64,000 nucleotides of DNA from Thermodesulfobacteriota bacterium (GTDB lineage Bacteria; Desulfobacterota_D; UBA1144; Nemesobacterales; Nemesobacteraceae), in contig OZ253668.1 of assembly GCA_965263275.1 (NCBI GenBank), positions 795,154 through 859,153 of the forward strand. The letters run 5' to 3'. The position numbers were made by a program, and so were the translations under genes. Below, in pieces: positions 51,320 to 59,526 of this stretch. Position 1 is the stretch's first letter, and every line of letters starts with the position of its first letter. The notes under the pieces were generated by a model. The model saw only the letters and a program-made list of their open reading frames with translations. It made no database searches and was not told the DNA's origin.

Positions 51320-51838
51320 ATGAAGAATTCCAAAAAAATACTAATCATTGCCGGACCCAACGGCGCTGGAAAAACTACATTTGCCGCGGAGTTCCTTCCT
51401 AACGAGGCTCGCTGTCCGACTTTCATAAACGCAGACCTGATAGCGGCGGAACTTAACCCGCTTCAACCGGATCTAGCGGCAATTCAGGCTGGCAGGCTGA
51501 TGCTGAAGATGATTCACGACTGCGTGGAAAAAGAGGAGAGCTTTGCCTTTGAGACCACCCTTAGTGGACGTATCTACACACGCATGATTCCCCTTTGCCA
51601 AAAAGAGGGTTACCTAATAAAACTGCTATTCTTGAGATTACCGATACCGGAAATGGCTATAGCCCGTGTCAGGCAGCGGGTCCTAGAGGGAGGACATGAT
51701 GTACCGGAACAAACAATCCGTCGCCGGTTTCATTCCGGGTGGGACAATTTTCAGTTAGTTTATAAAGATATGGTGGATGATTGGAAAGTGTACGACAGTT
51801 CCGGAGGCATCCCTATACTCATCGAGCAGAAGGATTGA
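51320..51838 (+). CDS. zeta-toxin-like P-loop kinase (AAA-family ATPase, Zeta_toxin domain)
   Basis: 172 aa, ILIIAGPNGAGKTT Walker A...FINADLIA...SFAFETTLS pattern typical of short zeta-toxin/UNAG-kinase-like proteins. Confidence 0.5.
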   Translation: MKNSKKILIIAGPNGAGKTTFAAEFLPNEARCPTFINADLIAAELNPLQPDLAAIQAGRLMLKMIHDCVEKEESFAFETTLSGRIYTRMIPLCQKEGYLIKLLFLRLPIPEMAIARVRQRVLEGGHDVPEQTIRRRFHSGWDNFQLVYKDMVDDWKVYDSSGGIPILIEQKD

Positions 51839-51840
51839 CT

Positions 51841-52044
51841 ATGGCTACGCAGAAACAACAAGGTTTAGGTCAGGATAAGGAATTGTGGAATCAGGATTTG
51901 GTTGGTGCGGAGGCGGCGATGCTAAGAGCCGCCAAGCTAGCATGTAGCAGGGCCATAGAAACCACTGGTTCGGTAGCTATTTTCAGGGATGGCGAGATCG
52001 TCTGGGAAAAGGATATAAGAAAAATTTTCCCGGAGGATAACTAA
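51841..52044 (+). CDS. small hypothetical protein (67 aa) immediately downstream of the zeta-like kinase
   Basis: The ATG at 51841 overlaps the stop of the kinase gene (TGACTATGG). No recognised domain. The track ORF 51781..52044 has a longer upstream start inside the kinase gene. Confidence 0.25.
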   Translation: MATQKQQGLGQDKELWNQDLVGAEAAMLRAAKLACSRAIETTGSVAIFRDGEIVWEKDIRKIFPEDN

Positions 52045-52105
52045 GGCAACTGATTCTAGCGTAAGAACCTCAGCCTCAGAGGCTGGAAGTGTTCAAGACA
52101 TCCTC

Positions 52106-53368
52106 TCAACCCGAAGATCGCCCGCTTTTTATATGCTCCTCAAACTCGTCCCTGAATTTTCTCACTATCGAGTCAACAGGCATGGCGCAACCATCTGCAA
52201 GGGCACATATGGTTGTTCCCCTCATCTGCGAGCATGCGTCAAGTATTATGTCGATGTACTCAATTGACCCTTTACCTTCGTCAATCTCTCTCAGTATCTT
52301 TTCAAGCCACCACGTTCCTTCCCTGCACTGAACGCATTGCCCGCATGACTCATCCCTGTAGAAATGGGCAAGATTCTGGGCTACCTTCACCATGCTCACC
52401 GTTTCATCCATCACCGTTACGCCAGCCGTTCCAAGCATTGAACCCGCGGCCGCCATGGAATCGAAATCCATCGCAATGTCCAGTTCATCCGCGGAAAAAA
52501 CCGCGGAAGAAGAACCGCCGGGAGAAACAGCCTTTATTCCCTTTCCCCCGAGAACTCCTCCGCCGTACTCTTCAATCAGTTCAAGAAGGTTTATTCCGAG
52601 GGGAAGTTCGTAAAGCCCAGGTTTGTTTACGTGCCCGCTTAGCCCGAAAATCTTGGTTCCCGTGTTTCTTGGAGTACCTATTGAGGCAAACCAATCCGCC
52701 CCGTTGTTTATTATATGCGGAACGCAAGCGAGCGTCTCCACGTTATTAACTATGGTGGGACAGCCGAAAAGGCCTATCTGGGCCGGGAAAGGAGGTTTTG
52801 GCCTCGGTTCTCCCTTCTTCCCCTCTATTGACTCAAGAAGACCGGTTTCCTCTCCGCATATGTAGGCGCCGGCGCCGATGTACAGCTTGATATCGATATC
52901 AAAACCGCTTAGAAGTATGTTTTTGCCGAGATAGCCGTGCTCGTAGGCTTCCCCTATGGCCTGCTGTACCCTTTTAGCTCCGTAGGGCATCTCTCCTCTT
53001 ATGTATATGTAGGCTTTGTGGGACCGGATAGCGTAGCAGGCAATTATTATGCCCTCAATCATCTGGTGAGGATCTTTTTCCAGGATCTCCCTGTCTTTGA
53101 AGCTTCCGGGTTCGCTTTCGTCGGCGTTGCAGCAGAGATAGACGGGCTTCTTGGAATCAGGCGGGATGAAACTCCACTTTATTCCCGCCGGAAAACCCGC
53201 CCCTCCCCTTCCCCGAAGACCCGATTTTTTGACCGCGTCGGTTATATCCCCCGGAGCCATTCCAAGGGCCTTTCTGAGCGCTGAATATCCGCCGGAGGCA
53301 AGATATGATTCGATAGTGTAGGAGTCAGGCCTATCGACGTAATTTCTTATGATTCTCTGCTCGGGCAT
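52106..53368 (-). CDS. nuoF: NADH:quinone oxidoreductase 51 kDa subunit (NuoF-like)
   Basis: SGLRGRGGAGFPAGIKW (FMN site), the GAGAYICGEETGLLESIEG NADH site and the C-terminal CGQCVQCREG 4Fe-4S motif. No nuoE or nuoG is adjacent. Confidence 0.85.
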   Translation of the reverse strand: MPEQRIIRNYVDRPDSYTIESYLASGGYSALRKALGMAPGDITDAVKKSGLRGRGGAGFPAGIKWSFIPPDSKKPVYLCCNADESEPGSFKDREILEKDPHQMIEGIIIACYAIRSHKAYIYIRGEMPYGAKRVQQAIGEAYEHGYLGKNILLSGFDIDIKLYIGAGAYICGEETGLLESIEGKKGEPRPKPPFPAQIGLFGCPTIVNNVETLACVPHIINNGADWFASIGTPRNTGTKIFGLSGHVNKPGLYELPLGINLLELIEEYGGGVLGGKGIKAVSPGGSSSAVFSADELDIAMDFDSMAAAGSMLGTAGVTVMDETVSMVKVAQNLAHFYRDESCGQCVQCREGTWWLEKILREIDEGKGSIEYIDIILDACSQMRGTTICALADGCAMPVDSIVRKFRDEFEEHIKSGRSSG

Positions 53369-53497
53369 TTTCGAGTCCGGTTAAAGCAACTTCTAAATGG
53401 AAAAGAGGATAAGTACGGATAAATATTAAATGCGATTGCCGGAATTTTTCAAGAAAAAACGGAAAAAATAAGAGCGGGCGTAAAAAAAGCCTGTCGT

Positions 53498-54712
53498 TCA
53501 CCGCGCCTGCGGCTCTATTTCCTCAAGGAGTATGTCCGCCACATACTTGGCAAATGACATTGAAGAGGTAAAAGCGGGCGATATCGCGTTTAACACGTGA
53601 AGACTGTCCCCTTCTGCGAAGACAACATAATCCATCACGAGCTTTTTCTCTTCCCAGTCCACAAGCTGTGAGCGGATGCCTGTTCTCGCGGAGGAGATAA
53701 GATTGCGGGGAAGAAGCGCGGGAACCAGCTTTTTGGCCTCGGAGTAGAAATGCCGCCCCAGATATTTTTTTGCCTCGGAGAACGCGTTTGCCCTGAAGCC
53801 GCTGTCGCTCATGAACATCGATGCGTTTCTGTAAAGAAAGCGAAACGACTCAAGTCCCAGATCCTCAAGAAACCCGTAGCTCTCCCTCCCGAGAACCGGC
53901 ACGGCTGTAGGGCCGATAAAGACCCGCCCCGAAGTGCTCCTTGTAAAATGCACCCCCAGAAAAGGCATTCTCGCGTCGGGAACCGGGTAGATGTTGCCGC
54001 GGACAAGATGAGAGCTGTTTTCCGTAAGTTCCCTGTAGGAACCCATAAAAGGAATAGATCTGTATTTAAGACCTACTCCGAAATGGCGTGCCACTACGTC
54101 CGCGTGGAGCCCCGCAACGTTTATGAGTTTCCCGTAACTTACGTCTCCCCTGCTTGTAAGAGCGACGCGATCCTCTTTTTTTCCGATAAAAGCCGCATCA
54201 AAAAGCACACGGGCTTTTCCGGTTCTTTTAATTTCGGAGTAAAGGGCTTCGAGAACCCCCAGGGGGTCAAACACGGATGTCGCCGGAGAATATATGGCTT
54301 TCTCAAACGTAACGGCATGAGGTTCTATCTCCGCAAGCTCTTTTTCATCAACAAGATACGATTCCACTCCGTTTCTTTTTGCCCTCTGCTGGAGTTCCAA
54401 AAGTCCCTCAAGCTTCTCCTCAGAGTCCGCCACGATGACCTTGCCACATTCAGATATGGCAACTCCGTTCTCCCGGCAGAAATCCCTCATCAACCGGTTT
54501 CCCTCAATGCAGTACTTTGCCTTGAGAGAATCGGGCGCATAATATATCCCGGCATGAAGAACACCGCTGTTTCGACCGCTTGAGTGCGCTCCGAGACTTC
54601 TTTCCTTTTCCAAAACAAGAATGTTCTTACAACCGCGCAGAAGAAGTTCATTCGTGATGGCAAGACCCACAATTCCCGCGCCCACGACAAGAAAATCGCA
54701 ACTTTTCTCCAT
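53498..54712 (-). CDS. lhgO: FAD-dependent oxidoreductase, L-2-hydroxyglutarate oxidase/dehydrogenase-like (DAO family)
   Basis: DFLVVGAGIVGLAI dinucleotide motif. The DAO-family length is about 400 aa. The track ORF extends to 54844; Met at 54712 fits. Confidence 0.6.
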   Translation of the reverse strand: MEKSCDFLVVGAGIVGLAITNELLLRGCKNILVLEKERSLGAHSSGRNSGVLHAGIYYAPDSLKAKYCIEGNRLMRDFCRENGVAISECGKVIVADSEEKLEGLLELQQRAKRNGVESYLVDEKELAEIEPHAVTFEKAIYSPATSVFDPLGVLEALYSEIKRTGKARVLFDAAFIGKKEDRVALTSRGDVSYGKLINVAGLHADVVARHFGVGLKYRSIPFMGSYRELTENSSHLVRGNIYPVPDARMPFLGVHFTRSTSGRVFIGPTAVPVLGRESYGFLEDLGLESFRFLYRNASMFMSDSGFRANAFSEAKKYLGRHFYSEAKKLVPALLPRNLISSARTGIRSQLVDWEEKKLVMDYVVFAEGDSLHVLNAISPAFTSSMSFAKYVADILLEEIEPQAR

Positions 54713-54796
54713 TACTCCAACCCTTCTCACCCGTTCTCTGGTAAATCGACCGTAAATCAGGTAGATTATCGGTTTTGTATAACTTAACTTAATAAA

Positions 54797-55294
54797 ATGA
54801 GCAAGAAATTTAAAGCAGGGCAAAACGCCGTGTATCCAGTGCATGGGGTGGTTGAGGTTCAGGGAGTCGAAGAAAAGGAGATACTGGGTTCGAGAAAAGC
54901 CTTTTACATACTTAACGTTCTTGAAAGCAACGTAAAACTCATGGTTCCCACGGACAACATAAACTCCGTAGGTTTAAGGCCCGTGGTAGCTAAAAATGAA
55001 GTAAAGAAAATCCTCGACATCCTAAGGGAAGAAGACGGCAAAATACCAAAACTAGGTGTACAGAGCTGGAACAAAAGGTACAAGGAATACGCCGACAAGG
55101 TTAAAAGCGGAGACATCTACGAAATAGCCGAGGTATTGAGGGACATACATCATCTGAAAAGGGTGAAGAATCTGTCCTTCGGTGAGAAAAGAATAATGGA
55201 AAACGCCCTCTCTCATGTAGTCAAGGAACTCTCCATAGCGCTTCGGAAAAAAGAGGGAGAAGTCAACGACCAAATAGAGGAAATCTTCTCCTAA
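54797..55294 (+). CDS. CarD/CdnL-family RNA-polymerase-binding transcription factor
   Basis: 165 aa, FKAGQNAVYPVHGVVEV (CarD_CdnL_TRCF RNAP-interacting domain) plus a C-terminal helical domain. Confidence 0.8.
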   Translation: MSKKFKAGQNAVYPVHGVVEVQGVEEKEILGSRKAFYILNVLESNVKLMVPTDNINSVGLRPVVAKNEVKKILDILREEDGKIPKLGVQSWNKRYKEYADKVKSGDIYEIAEVLRDIHHLKRVKNLSFGEKRIMENALSHVVKELSIALRKKEGEVNDQIEEIFS

Positions 55295-55300
55295 AGCCAG

Positions 55301-56719
55301 TCACTCAAGAATATCCCTTCCGTCAACACCCCGGGGAATATCAAGCCCTAGATAACGGACGATGCTTGAAAAGATATCCGCGGTTCGTACGTAGTCGCAT
55401 TGCGCCGGTCGGCTTATAAGAATGGGGACCACCATGTGGTCTTTGTGCAGGGAGCCGTGGGAACCGTGATGTTCGGGGTTCTCGTGGGTAGCCCTGAGGT
55501 CATAGCCCGGTTTTGAACTCACTACCACATCACCGGTGCGAGGTGATTCGAAAAGCTGGAGAATCTGGAGGGGTGCGTCGGGGTAATCAGAATCTATCGT
55601 GAGTCGAAGCGACTCGGCAGCATCCATCTTCCTTGACTGAAAGCCGTAGCCGAGAGGGTCACCCGAAACATTACGGTAGCAAATGAAACCTTCACGATCT
55701 ACGCTCAAAAGAGCCTCTCCTCTCGGGTTTATTATTTTTACCTCACCACCCGTCCCGCCAGTTCTAGCGCAGACAATGTCCACTTCGGGCCGGCTGGAGA
55801 GATCACCCACTATATCCGCTATTTCTTCGCAGCGCGTATGTCTCTTCCATCCATCGGAATTTTTGAAATAGTAATGTGCCATGGAGTTTCCCGAAACCAT
55901 GACGGATGAATCGGCATCGAGAAAATGCCTCAGCACGTTGGTGTAATAAAGCGGTTTGAAGCCCCGGTTGCGAAGAAAATCCAGGGAATCGAAATGGGAA
56001 TGGGTGGACGTAAGACCATGGTCGCTTCCCACAACGAAAAGCGTATCGTCAAGTTCCCCCCTCTCCGCGATCTTCTTCGCTACCATTCCAACATACCGGT
56101 CAAGCCTTCTGTAGGATTCAATAACCCTCTGGTGAAACGGATGGTAGCGGTGGGAGTAGGAATCTATTGCGGGGAAAACGCAGAAAATAAAACGCGGAGA
56201 ACTTTTAAGGGAGTCAATCAGAATTCTTCCCGCGGCCTCTTCGACACTGTCACTTCTTTCCGTGAAGTGGCTTTTCAAAACCAGATAATATTTAAGATAT
56301 CTGGTTCTGTTGTTCCAAGCGGGCTCTATATCCCTGGTTATCTCGTTAAGAATGCTGACACTTCCCGGTACCAGTCCGAAAAGTGTCGGGGAGTCGCACT
56401 CTATGTCCCGGTTGATAAGAAACGACTGGGGACCCGCATAGCTTCTGAACCTTCGCAGGGAAAAGGGGGTCGCATCGTAATACCTCCTGTCAAACCACCT
56501 TATGCCCGGGAGATTGCATCTGCCGGGGAATCTGCCGAGAAGGTACGGTGTATAAGCCGGACCCGTCGTTGAAGGAAACACCGTGATTCCCTTAAGGAAT
56601 TTTCCGGGCTCTACGACATATTTCTGTATATTCTCAAGATCGCCTCTTTTGAAAAGCTCGGCGAAGACATCCAGTCTAGAGCCGTCGGCAAGAAAAAAAA
56701 CGCATTTCCTTTTATCCAT
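55301..56719 (-). CDS. alkaline-phosphatase-superfamily protein (type I phosphodiesterase/nucleotide pyrophosphatase-like)
   Basis: 472 aa, FVVGSDHGLTSTHSHFD and EHHGSHGSLHKDHMVVPILIS metal-ligand motifs of the AP/NPP/sulfatase superfamily. Confidence 0.55.
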   Translation of the reverse strand: MDKRKCVFFLADGSRLDVFAELFKRGDLENIQKYVVEPGKFLKGITVFPSTTGPAYTPYLLGRFPGRCNLPGIRWFDRRYYDATPFSLRRFRSYAGPQSFLINRDIECDSPTLFGLVPGSVSILNEITRDIEPAWNNRTRYLKYYLVLKSHFTERSDSVEEAAGRILIDSLKSSPRFIFCVFPAIDSYSHRYHPFHQRVIESYRRLDRYVGMVAKKIAERGELDDTLFVVGSDHGLTSTHSHFDSLDFLRNRGFKPLYYTNVLRHFLDADSSVMVSGNSMAHYYFKNSDGWKRHTRCEEIADIVGDLSSRPEVDIVCARTGGTGGEVKIINPRGEALLSVDREGFICYRNVSGDPLGYGFQSRKMDAAESLRLTIDSDYPDAPLQILQLFESPRTGDVVVSSKPGYDLRATHENPEHHGSHGSLHKDHMVVPILISRPAQCDYVRTADIFSSIVRYLGLDIPRGVDGRDILE

Positions 56720-59520
56720 CAGGCGCTTCCCAAAAAATATTTGTTATGAATTCCCCTGATATCCACCGTCACACGCGCGTATTCAGCTTTAAGGGAATCT
56801 CCCCTGCCGCCGAAACCGAACTCAACGGCCATCCGGTCAAAATCGTTCCGTGTAATCTCGTTTTTGGCCCGCTCGTTTAGCAGGCTGAGCAAATTGCCCA
56901 TCCTCCTCAAAAACAGGTAGCCTTCGGCAAGCGTTTCAGACTCCCCCCTCTCAATCAGCCCGGACCGGCCGAGTGCCCTGATAGCCTCCATTGTGCTTAC
57001 CGTTCTGACCTCATGGGTTTCCCCTCCATGGGCAAGCTGAAGCATCTGGACCAGGAACTCCACGTCTATCAGCCCTCCCCTGCCAGTTTTCAGGTTGAAT
57101 CTTGATTCCGTCTCGTTGGCAAGTTCCTTTTCAATTCTCCCGCGAAGTTTGTAAATTTCCTTCGGAAAATCCGGAGCAAGTTTTTTCGCGTAGACGAAAT
57201 TCTCGATGACTTTCATGACCTTCTCACCAAGCGCACGGTTTCCCGCGACCGCCCGGGCCTTTAGGAGGGCCTGTTTTTCCCAAGTAAGCGCGCTTGAATC
57301 ATGGTACTCCTCAAAAGCATCAAGCGAGGTAACAAGGGCTCCCGAGTTTCCAGACGGGCGCAGTTCCACGTCTACCTTGTAACAGAAGCTCTCAGAAGTA
57401 TAAACCGAAAGATTGGATATAAACCTCTGACCGTACTTTGAGAAAAGTTCATGATCCTCTCCCTCGTAAATGAAAATTATGTCCAGGTCGGAAGCATAGC
57501 TCATTTCCCTTCCCCCAAGTTTCCCGAGTCCCAGGACAAGCATGTTATCAAGAAGCTTCCTTTTCCCGGCAGAGCACCTAAGAGACTCCTTGGCAAGCTC
57601 AAGGCTTGAGTCCATCACCACGTCCGCCACCATCGAGAGGTATTTCCCCACGTAGATCGGATCCAGATCCTCGGAAAGTTCTCTGAAGCAAAGCTTAAGG
57701 GACTCAATGTGCTTGAAACTTCGAAGGGCGTTTAGCTTATCCTCAAAAAACTCCTCCTCAGAAACGGCTTCCGTAAGTGCCGAAGCCAAAGCATCTTTTG
57801 AATCGTAGAACCGCGTTACGTCCTTTAATATGATCGAGTCAAGGTACTCTGGATGCCTGATAAGAAAATCGGACAGCATGCCGCCTCTTGAGAAGAGCTT
57901 GGACAGAAGAGAGATGATTTCCGGATTTTCCGTTAAAAGCGCGTAAACTGACATCTTGGAGCCCAGACCGGAGATGAATCTTTCAAGATTCACAAGCGCC
58001 GAGTCCGGGTCGCTCAGCTTGATTATGGTTGAAAGAAAAGCCGGTATTACTTTTTTCGAAAGTATCCTTCCTCTTTCCGTGAGTCCGGCCCTTCTGGGAT
58101 CCACGAGGCGCGATATGATTTCGACCGCGTCGTCCGGAACCGAAAAACCGAGATTGCCAAGAGCTAAGACCGCCTCCTCGTGGTTTACGTTCCCCTCGGC
58201 CATAAAGTCAGCCACTTCCCAGAATTCCCTGCCTCTTTCCTCAACCTGCATGCCCGGGTCGTAGAACAGGTTCCTGTAGCTTTTCATAACAAGCGAAGTT
58301 ACCTCTTCGTAAGCGGCTTTAAAATCATCTGTCCTTTTAAAACCCATCCTCCTCGAGAGCCTTGCAAGTGAATTTTTCTCCGTGGGAATTCTGTGCGTCT
58401 GAACCTCATCCCAGAGCTGTATCGAATGCTCCACTTTTCTTAGGAAAAGATAGCAATGCTCCATCTCTTCCTTTACCTGTTCGGTTATAAAACCCGTCTT
58501 TGACATGGTCCTGAGAGCGTCAAGAGTATTCATAAGTCCTCTGAGCCTTTTTACCGCTCCGCCGCTCATAAGCTGGGTCGCCTGTACGAAAAACTCAACA
58601 TCTCTTATTCCGCCCCTGCCAAGCTTCACATCGTTTTCCTTCCGCACGCCCTCAAGACGAACCTTCATGTCCTTAAGATCCTCTATGGACTCGTAATCAA
58701 GGAACTTGTGGTATATGACCGGTTCAAGCTCCGCCAGAAACTCGCGACCAAGCTCGAGGTCCCCCGCAACCGGGGTCGCCTTAAGCAGCACCGCTCTCTC
58801 CCAGGTCTCAGCCCAGTGGTAATAATGATCAAGTGCCACGTCAATCGATACCGCGACCGGACTCCTGCTACCTCCCGGGCGCAGTCCCAGATCCACTCTG
58901 TAGAGAAAACCACCGGCAGAGACAGAACTTATCGTTCTGGTAATCGAGGAGGAAATCGTGAATATCTGTTCGGCGTACCGCTCGCCTCTGTAAAGATAGA
59001 CAAGGTCTATATCGGAACTGAGGTTAAGAAGCCTCCCGCCGAGTTTCCCCATACCCAGTACCACGAATTCGAATTGATCTCCGCCTTTGGCTCTTGACCT
59101 GTAAAAATCAAGCACCGCCCTGACCACCGCAACAGCAAGATCCGAAATTTCCTCCATGGTCTGGCGAAACGCGCAGAGACCCAGAATTTCTCTGTAAATT
59201 ATTCTCGAAAGCTCTGTGTACTTGTATTCCTTCAGCCTTTCGGAGAGCTGTTCTGAGTCCTGCGAATTCCTCACAACTGAGGCAAGGGGGATTTTGTGGG
59301 AAGAAAGCGTTTTTTTTCTCCCGAGAGCCTTTTTATTCGCGAGTATGTTCAGCGTACGGGGATTTCTTATGATTGAACTGCCGAGGAATCTGCTGTGCGA
59401 GGAAACAGCGTAAATAATTTTCTCCTCTTCCGCAGAAAGCCTGCCATTTATCTCCCGGAATCTTTCAACGGTTAAGCGCCCGTTTCCCTCGTCGGGGAAA
59501 AAAATTTTCTTTTTCATCAC
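56719..59520 (-). CDS. glnE: bifunctional glutamine synthetase adenylyltransferase/adenylyl-removing enzyme
   Basis: 933 aa with two nucleotidyltransferase cores (VVLGMGKLGGRLLNLSSDIDLVYLY and LVLGLGKLGGREMSYASDLDIIFIY), each followed by a GlnE helical domain. Confidence 0.85.
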   Translation of the reverse strand: MMKKKIFFPDEGNGRLTVERFREINGRLSAEEEKIIYAVSSHSRFLGSSIIRNPRTLNILANKKALGRKKTLSSHKIPLASVVRNSQDSEQLSERLKEYKYTELSRIIYREILGLCAFRQTMEEISDLAVAVVRAVLDFYRSRAKGGDQFEFVVLGMGKLGGRLLNLSSDIDLVYLYRGERYAEQIFTISSSITRTISSVSAGGFLYRVDLGLRPGGSRSPVAVSIDVALDHYYHWAETWERAVLLKATPVAGDLELGREFLAELEPVIYHKFLDYESIEDLKDMKVRLEGVRKENDVKLGRGGIRDVEFFVQATQLMSGGAVKRLRGLMNTLDALRTMSKTGFITEQVKEEMEHCYLFLRKVEHSIQLWDEVQTHRIPTEKNSLARLSRRMGFKRTDDFKAAYEEVTSLVMKSYRNLFYDPGMQVEERGREFWEVADFMAEGNVNHEEAVLALGNLGFSVPDDAVEIISRLVDPRRAGLTERGRILSKKVIPAFLSTIIKLSDPDSALVNLERFISGLGSKMSVYALLTENPEIISLLSKLFSRGGMLSDFLIRHPEYLDSIILKDVTRFYDSKDALASALTEAVSEEEFFEDKLNALRSFKHIESLKLCFRELSEDLDPIYVGKYLSMVADVVMDSSLELAKESLRCSAGKRKLLDNMLVLGLGKLGGREMSYASDLDIIFIYEGEDHELFSKYGQRFISNLSVYTSESFCYKVDVELRPSGNSGALVTSLDAFEEYHDSSALTWEKQALLKARAVAGNRALGEKVMKVIENFVYAKKLAPDFPKEIYKLRGRIEKELANETESRFNLKTGRGGLIDVEFLVQMLQLAHGGETHEVRTVSTMEAIRALGRSGLIERGESETLAEGYLFLRRMGNLLSLLNERAKNEITRNDFDRMAVEFGFGGRGDSLKAEYARVTVDIRGIHNKYFLGSA

Positions 59521-59526
59521 GCCGGG

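Noticed and set aside
52062-52090. Short stem-loop (CAGCC-tcaga-GGCTG) between the convergent small ORF and nuoF
   Set aside because: Only a 5-6 bp stem and no U-tract. Too weak to call a terminator.
53750-54583. 277-aa plus-strand ORF
   Set aside because: Antisense to the lhgO-like FAD oxidoreductase gene.
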